Origin: an uncultured Candidatus Binatia bacterium
GTDB lineage: Bacteria; Desulfobacterota; Binatia; HRBIN30
Direction: 5' to 3'
DNA: 26,173 nt
Assembly (NCBI GenBank): GCA_964515725.1
Contig: CAZEWD010000007.1
Span: 1-26,173, forward strand
Part shown: positions 18,075 through 26,173 of the stretch, in pieces
Numbering within the stretch: the first letter of the stretch is position 1
Layout: the number at the start of each line of letters is the position of its first letter
Notes under the pieces: generated by a model
Told to the model about the DNA's origin: nothing
Database searches by the model: none
Seen by the model: the letters and a program-made list of their open reading frames with translations, nothing else
Position numbers and translations under genes: made by a program

Positions 18075-18103
18075 TTGCATCCCGGGTGGTCGGTTCCTAT
18101 AAA
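18075..18103 (+). promoter_or_regulatory. Putative sigma70-type promoter
   Basis: TTGCAT (18075-18080), 17 bp, TATAAA (18098-18103), followed by a GAGG RBS and ATG at 18122. Confidence 0.6.
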
Positions 18104-18121
18104 TCCCGGTGCTTGACGAGG

Positions 18122-18337
18122 ATGTCCAGAGCAACTGCGGCGGCGCTTACCGTGATTCGTGTGGCACGTGGGGCCAATCGTCCTTCAGACGATCAGGTCC
18201 GCGCCGCTCTGCAAGCAGATCGCAAGCGGCTGGCCATTGACGAGCAACCTCTCATCGACGATTTCGCCATCACAGGCCCCTACGCCATTACCCTGGCTGG
18301 GCGTGATTTCGATGAGTACGTCGTCTGGGAACGTTGA
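18122..18337 (+). CDS. Hypothetical 71-aa protein
   Basis: Fills the gap between SDR and SLT genes, has a promoter-like element and RBS upstream, and its stop overlaps the next start (TTGA). Alternative GTG start at 18050 overlaps the SDR stop. Confidence 0.65.
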   Translation: MSRATAAALTVIRVARGANRPSDDQVRAALQADRKRLAIDEQPLIDDFAITGPYAITLAGRDFDEYVVWER

Positions 18338-19404
18338 GCCAAACCAGGAAATCCGTTTCTCCCCGGCGTAGACGCCGCCGTCCTACGAGAAAGTCTTCCT
18401 GGTACTGGCCGCTCCTGGCCATCGAACTGGTCGCACTCGTTCTCACGGCACTCACCGCGGTCGTCATTGTGCTGGGTCACGCCGCGATGCGGTTTGCAGG
18501 GAGCGATCCGTGGCGCAGTCTGCTGCCATTCGCGTCGGTCGTCCTCGCACTGTCTGTCTCTACCGCCCTTTTCATCAAATTGTGGAGAGTCTTGCGCTCC
18601 CGGATTACCCCAAAAGCGCCGTGGCTGCCTGCTTGCCTGGCCGTGTCTCTACTCGTCTTCTCGGGCTGGACGACACGACAACCGGGTTTTGATGCCAATC
18701 TGCGGGAACTCCGAATCCTGATGGGTGGCGCCGCTGAAGCCGAGCGCTCCGTCATCGCCCACCAGGTGTACGCAGCATACCGGCGAATGGACCCGTCATC
18801 CTGGCAGCAACTTCTCGAACGCTCCCGTGTCTTCGAACCCACGGTGCGCGAAGCGGCTGTGGCCTTTGGAGTCGATGTCGAAATCATGATGGGAATCGCT
18901 GCCGCGGAATCGTCTTTCTACCCGCGTGACAGCAAGGATGGCGGTCGTGGGCTTTTTCAGATTACCGCACCACCACAGATTGCGGTTGACGTTGCCAAAC
19001 GGCTGCTCCGCGTCAGTGCGCTCGATCCCCTCAACCAACGTCATAACGCCTTCCTGGCCGCCGCCACTCTCCGCCACTATCTGGCCCAGATGCGCGCGGA
19101 TCTGTTTCTCGGCCTGCTGGCCTACAACATCGGGCCGAAAAACGGCGGACTGCAATCCATCATGCAACAGTATGGCGCGCGCGACTTTGCCACGATTCAG
19201 CCGTACCTGCAGCAGCTCCCGCGCGATTACCCGATCCGTGTTCTTTCCGCAGCTCTGGCGTACCGTGTGTGGCAGAAAACGGGAACTCTGCCGCGCTACG
19301 AAGTGGGGGACAACGCACAGCGCATCCAACGAACGGGAATTCCGGGGCTCGGGCCGCCGGACAGCTCGGTGAATTCGAATCTGCCCGCTCCCCAACGACC
19401 GTAA
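18334..19404 (+). CDS. Membrane-anchored lytic transglycosylase (SLT domain)
   Basis: GIAAAESSF (catalytic Glu), GRGLFQIT, LLAYNIGP. Arg-rich N-terminus followed by about three hydrophobic helices. Confidence 0.85.
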   Translation: MSQTRKSVSPRRRRRRPTRKSSWYWPLLAIELVALVLTALTAVVIVLGHAAMRFAGSDPWRSLLPFASVVLALSVSTALFIKLWRVLRSRITPKAPWLPACLAVSLLVFSGWTTRQPGFDANLRELRILMGGAAEAERSVIAHQVYAAYRRMDPSSWQQLLERSRVFEPTVREAAVAFGVDVEIMMGIAAAESSFYPRDSKDGGRGLFQITAPPQIAVDVAKRLLRVSALDPLNQRHNAFLAAATLRHYLAQMRADLFLGLLAYNIGPKNGGLQSIMQQYGARDFATIQPYLQQLPRDYPIRVLSAALAYRVWQKTGTLPRYEVGDNAQRIQRTGIPGLGPPDSSVNSNLPAPQRP

Positions 19405-19417
19405 GATCGGCCGAGCA

Positions 19418-21931
19418 TCAATCTGCCGGATCGCCCGCGCCGCCCGCAGGAGTCTCTCCACCACCCTCGGCGGGATCGCTCACCACTCCCTCGTCCTCTT
19501 CCAGTTCGGCTAGCGTGGCCACACCGCAGACTCGTTCCCCTTCTGAGATATCGATCAGCCGAACACCTTGAGTGTTCCGGCCAATGATGGAGATCCCACG
19601 GACCGGTGTGCGAATCACCTTTCCACCGTCGGTTACAAGCATCACATCCTTGGCGTCACTCACCATGCGAACGCCGATCACCTTGCCGGTACGATCGGTC
19701 GTTCTCATGGTGATGATCCCTTTGCCTCCGCGTCCGGTGAGCCTGTACTCGTCCATCGCCGTGCGTTTGCCATAACCACGCTCAGCAACGATGAGCAGCG
19801 TTTCCGCCGAATTCACCACATCGAGACCAACGACGGAATCGCCAGCTTCCAAGGAGATGCCGCGCACACCCGCGGCACTGCGACCCATTGCTCGAACATC
19901 GGTTTCGCGGAACCGGATGGCTTGCCCCTCTCGTGTCGAGAGGATGATCTGCTGCTGACCGTCCGTGAGCCGCACTCCGATGACCTCATCGCCTGCATCC
20001 AGGGTGATGGCAATGATACCGGCCCGGCGCGGATTGGCGTACGCCATGAGATCCGTCTTCTTCACGGTACCCGCCCGTGTGGCAAAAAAGATGTATTTCC
20101 CTTCCTCGAAGGATCGAACCGGCAAGAACGCGGAAACCTTTTCCTCGCCCTGGAGGTTGAGCATATTGACGATCGCTTTGCCCCGCGCCGCCCGGCTCGC
20201 CTGCGGAATCTCGTGCACCTTGAGCCAGAATACCCGCCCCGCCGTGGTGAAAAAGAGCATGAAAGTATGCGTCGTTGCGACGAACACGTGTTCGAGAAAA
20301 TCTTCTTCCTTCGTCGTCGCGCCGATCTTGCCACGTCCACCGCGGCGTTGTGCTCGATACACGGTCACGGGGCTGCGTTTGATGTAACCTTCGTGCGAGA
20401 TGGTGACGACCATCTCTTCGTCTGCAATGAGATCCTCGATGGAGAGATCGCCACTCTCGTCGACGATTTGCGTACGCCTTTCGTCGCCGTGCAGTTTCTT
20501 CACTTCCTCCAGTTCATCGATGATGATCTGGTAAACTTCAGCTTCGTCGGCAAGGATCTGTTTGTATCGTTCGATCTGCTTCTGAACCTGCGCACGCTCT
20601 TCGAGAATCTTGTCGCGCTCGAGCCCGGTGAGGCGCTGCAACCGCATGTCGAGAATCGCCTGCGCCTGGATCTCGGAAAGTCCGAACTGTTCCACCAGAC
20701 CCGCTCGCGCGGCGGCTGGATCGGCTGCCGCACGGATGAGGGCGATCACCGCGTCCAGATGATCGAGTGCGATCTTGAGCCCGTCCAAAATGTGTAGGCG
20801 CTCTTCTGCCTTGCGTAGTTCGTAGGCCGTGCGGCGGGTGACGACCTCCTTGCGATGTCCGATGAAGACCTGCAACGCCTCTTTCAAATTGAGGAGCTTC
20901 GGCCGATTCTCGACGATGGCGAGCATGATTACGCCGAAGGACTCCTGCATCGGTGTCAGCTTGTAGAGCTGGTTCAGGACGATGTCGGAGTTGGCGTCGC
21001 GTTTCAGCTCGATGACGATGCGCATGCCCTCGCGGTCCGACTCATCACGCAGATCGGAGATGCCTTCGATCTTTTTCTCGTTGACCAGTTGAGCAATCCG
21101 TTCGATCAGCTTCGCCTTGTTCACCTGGTAGGGAATCTCGTGAACGATGATCGACTCTCGTCCCGTTTTCTTGTTCGTTTCGGTCGAGGCGCGTGCTCGT
21201 AGTTGCAGAATGCCCTTGCCTGTCCGGTATGCTTCCCGGATCGGACCGCGCCCGTGGATGAAGCCCGCTGTTGGGAAATCCGGGCCCGGGATGTGTTGCA
21301 TGAGTTCGTCGACGCTCAATTCGGGATTCCGAATGAGGGCAATCAACCCATCGACCACTTCATTCAGATTATGCGGCGGGATATTCGTCGCCATACCGAC
21401 GGCAATGCCGGCCGAGCCGTTGACCAGAAGGTTCGGAATGCGCGTCGGAAGAACGACCGGCTCTTTCAGCGTTTCGTCGTAGTTCGGAACGAAATCGACC
21501 GTTTCCTTGTCGAGGTCCGCCAGTAGCTCGCTGGCGATACGCGCCATGCGGATTTCCGTGTAGCGCATGGCTGCCGGTGGATCGCCGTCGATCGATCCGA
21601 AGTTGCCCTGGCCGTCGACCAGCGGATATCGCATCGAAAAATCCTGCGCCATGCGCACGATGGTGTCATACACCGCAACGTCGCCATGGGGGTGATATTT
21701 GCCGATGACGTCCCCGACGACGCGTGCTGATTTCTTGTAGGCTCGATTCCAGTCGTTTCCGAGATCGTACATCGCGTAGAGCACACGATGGTGAACTGGT
21801 TTGAGGCCGTCCCGTGCATCGGGCAGCGCGCGTCCGATGATCACGGACATCGCGTAGTCCATATAGGACTGACGGACCTCGTCCTCGATATTGACGGGAA
21901 CCCGGTTGCCTTTGATGAGCGTCGTATCCAT
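19418..21931 (-). CDS. gyrA: DNA gyrase subunit A
   Basis: [24 protein letters not shown] (catalytic Tyr), GyrA-box QRRGGRG, beta-pinwheel repeats, acidic tail. Confidence 0.98.
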   Translation of the reverse strand: MDTTLIKGNRVPVNIEDEVRQSYMDYAMSVIIGRALPDARDGLKPVHHRVLYAMYDLGNDWNRAYKKSARVVGDVIGKYHPHGDVAVYDTIVRMAQDFSMRYPLVDGQGNFGSIDGDPPAAMRYTEIRMARIASELLADLDKETVDFVPNYDETLKEPVVLPTRIPNLLVNGSAGIAVGMATNIPPHNLNEVVDGLIALIRNPELSVDELMQHIPGPDFPTAGFIHGRGPIREAYRTGKGILQLRARASTETNKKTGRESIIVHEIPYQVNKAKLIERIAQLVNEKKIEGISDLRDESDREGMRIVIELKRDANSDIVLNQLYKLTPMQESFGVIMLAIVENRPKLLNLKEALQVFIGHRKEVVTRRTAYELRKAEERLHILDGLKIALDHLDAVIALIRAAADPAAARAGLVEQFGLSEIQAQAILDMRLQRLTGLERDKILEERAQVQKQIERYKQILADEAEVYQIIIDELEEVKKLHGDERRTQIVDESGDLSIEDLIADEEMVVTISHEGYIKRSPVTVYRAQRRGGRGKIGATTKEEDFLEHVFVATTHTFMLFFTTAGRVFWLKVHEIPQASRAARGKAIVNMLNLQGEEKVSAFLPVRSFEEGKYIFFATRAGTVKKTDLMAYANPRRAGIIAITLDAGDEVIGVRLTDGQQQIILSTREGQAIRFRETDVRAMGRSAAGVRGISLEAGDSVVGLDVVNSAETLLIVAERGYGKRTAMDEYRLTGRGGKGIITMRTTDRTGKVIGVRMVSDAKDVMLVTDGGKVIRTPVRGISIIGRNTQGVRLIDISEGERVCGVATLAELEEDEGVVSDPAEGGGETPAGGAGDPAD

Positions 21932-21948
21932 GCGATTGCTGCGTCAAA

Positions 21949-24507
<2,559 letters not shown>

Positions 24508-24511
24508 TTAT

Positions 24512-24544
24512 CGCCGGTCTTCCGGAATTTCCGGAAGACCGGCG
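24512..24544. repeat. Perfect 16-bp inverted repeat with a 1-nt spacer
   Basis: CGCCGGTCTTCCGGAA-T-TTCCGGAAGACCGGCG between the dnaN stop and gyrB. Confidence 0.9.
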
Positions 24545-24603
24545 CCGGGAGCCGCAGAAGGCATCCGTGAAACCTCCGAAAAACCCGTTCGAAAGACATT
24601 GAT

Positions 24604-25716
24604 CTACAATCGCATCGGCATGACGACATAGAGGAATTCCGAGTCGCCTTCATAGCGTACCACGCCCGGGCTGACCTCGTCGTTGAGACCGATTTCCACC
24701 TGGGTGGTGGAACCGATCGCTCCCAGGACATCGATCAGATAACGGGCATTGAAGCCGATCGAAAATGAAACTCCATCGTACTCTGCCTGGAGTTCGTCGC
24801 TGGCTTCACCCAGGTCCGAATTAGCGGCTGAGAGTTCCACCCTTCCCGAATCGATCTGTAGTTTCACGCCGTGTGTTCGTTCCGCAGAAACGATCGAAAC
24901 ACGGCGTAGGGCAGAGAGGAAAGGCTCCTTTTCCAGAACAAGCCGGCGTTCCGACTTTTGTGGCACCACCTCTTTGTAATCGGGAAAATCGCCTTCCGCC
25001 AAGCGCATCGAAAGGTCGACGGCACCACGTGTGACGTGTGCGGCATTCGCTGAAATCTGGATCATCACGGGCTCGTCACCGCTCTCGAGGATCTTACTGA
25101 CTTCATTCACACCCTTGCGTGGAATGATCACACCTGCCCCCGCACTTCCTCCCTCCACAGTCCGCGTAACCATGCTCAAACGGTGTCCATCGGTGGAAAC
25201 GAGACGAAGCGTTCCGGCCTCTGGCCTTTCGAAGAAAATGCCACACAAATTCGGACGCGCATCGTCCATCGAGACCGCAAACGCCGTCAGTTCGATCATC
25301 CTGCGCAGCAATCCAGAAGGCACTGTGATGCTGTTGGCGGTATCTCCTGCATCGGGCTGGCGTAGGGCGGGAAATTCCTTTGGATCCAACCCGACGATCT
25401 TGAACCGCGATTTCCCAGATAAAACTTCCGTCCAGTGGTTTTCCAGGGATCGTACGGTAATGGGCTCATCCGGCAACTCCCGCACGATCTCATACAGCTT
25501 GCGGGCGCCCGCCGTCAGACTTCCCTTTTTCTTGACTTTGGCAGCACAACGACAACGAACGCCAATCTCCTGATCCGTGGCGGTAATGCTGATGCCTTCG
25601 CCGGCAGATTCGATGAGCACGTTGGCAAGGATGGGGATCGTGCTGCGCCGCTCGACGATTCCCTGCATCAGGTAAAGGCCTTGCAGCAACTCTTCGCGTA
25701 AAATCGTGAATTCCAT
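24604..25716 (-). CDS. dnaN: DNA polymerase III beta sliding clamp
   Basis: STIPILANVL, VSTDGHRL, IIPRKG, FPDY, IGFNARYL, C-terminal VVMPMRL. Strong GGAGG RBS. Confidence 0.97.
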   Translation of the reverse strand: MEFTILREELLQGLYLMQGIVERRSTIPILANVLIESAGEGISITATDQEIGVRCRCAAKVKKKGSLTAGARKLYEIVRELPDEPITVRSLENHWTEVLSGKSRFKIVGLDPKEFPALRQPDAGDTANSITVPSGLLRRMIELTAFAVSMDDARPNLCGIFFERPEAGTLRLVSTDGHRLSMVTRTVEGGSAGAGVIIPRKGVNEVSKILESGDEPVMIQISANAAHVTRGAVDLSMRLAEGDFPDYKEVVPQKSERRLVLEKEPFLSALRRVSIVSAERTHGVKLQIDSGRVELSAANSDLGEASDELQAEYDGVSFSIGFNARYLIDVLGAIGSTTQVEIGLNDEVSPGVVRYEGDSEFLYVVMPMRL

Positions 25717-25740
25717 GCCTCCTCCGCTCCTCCGCTGTTC

Positions 25741-25936
25741 TTCTTTTCTATAATTTCTTTATCAATAGTAGAAGAAGTAGGGACTGTGGAAATGTGAAAA
25801 GTCGCTCTGGAGTAGGGCTTCCTCCGTTTCGATCTGTGAACTCCGGGGAACAGGGTGTGGTGAGAGACAATTCGAGTGACCATATGTTCCACATTCTTCC
25901 ACAACACTTTCCCATCCTTTTCACCGGTTATCCACT
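25741..25936. other. Replication origin oriC (DnaA boxes, DnaA-trios, AT-rich unwinding region)
   Basis: One-mismatch matches to TTWTNCACA at 25785-25793 and 25793-25801 (minus strand) and 25885-25893, 25895-25903, 25928-25936 (plus strand). TAG/AAG trinucleotide run at 25766-25780, AT-rich tract 25741-25765. Located between dnaA and dnaN. Confidence 0.88.
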
Positions 25937-26173
25937 ACTCTCCAACAACCGTTGCAGCCGCTCGATGGTTGCGCGGAAAGTCGCATCCTCTTTCATGCGT
26001 TGCTCGATCACCTGCGTGGCGTGGATGACCGTGGAATGGTCTCGTCCTCCGAAACGATCACCAATACTTGGAAATGACGCGTCTGTGTATCTCCTGCAGA
26101 GGAACATGGCGACCTGTCGGGGCAGGCTAATGGTTCGGGTGCGTCGCTTCGAGCGAAGATCGGCCGCGCGAAC
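25928..26173 (-). CDS. dnaA: Chromosomal replication initiator DnaA, C-terminal 81 aa (partial)
   Basis: Not in the ORF track. Manual translation gives ...SKRRTRTISLPRQVAMFLCRRYTDASFPSIGDRFGGRDHSTVIHATQVIE..., i.e. DnaA domain IV. Confidence 0.96.
   Translation of the reverse strand, partial: VRAADLRSKRRTRTISLPRQVAMFLCRRYTDASFPSIGDRFGGRDHSTVIHATQVIEQRMKEDATFRATIERLQRLLESSG

Noticed and set aside
19568-20797. 409-aa plus-strand ORF
   Set aside because: Entirely antisense to gyrA; no motifs.
24566-24573. CGTGAAAC resembling parS near the origin
   Set aside because: Only a half site; the left arm does not match TGTTTCA. Same for GTTTCACG inside dnaN.

Overview
Chromosomal window that ends at the replication origin. 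The right end (minus strand) carries the dnaA 3' end, an oriC with a recognisable basal unwinding system, then dnaN-gyrB-gyrA with no recF. The remaining ~19 kb is mixed accessory and metabolic content: a His-Xaa-Ser (Hxs)-type radical SAM set (HxsB plus two HxsC-like proteins ~13 kb apart, no precursor visible), a urea channel, queD, a probable F420-dependent LLM oxidoreductase, a crotonase, a nitronate-monooxygenase-family flavoprotein, a secreted dockerin-like/PLC-like phosphodiesterase, Gfo/Idh/MocA and SDR oxidoreductases, a 71-aa unknown protein and a membrane-anchored lytic transglycosylase. The most unusual element is a translationally coupled sbcD-sbcC-metK operon (ATGA and GTGA overlaps) ending in a short, divergent SAM synthetase. 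The Cys-bracketed dockerin-like repeat and gene content suggest Candidatus Binatia or a related deltaproteobacterial lineage (inference). No rRNA, tRNA, CRISPR array, transposase or integrase was seen. All family calls come from motif recognition by eye; no database search was run.
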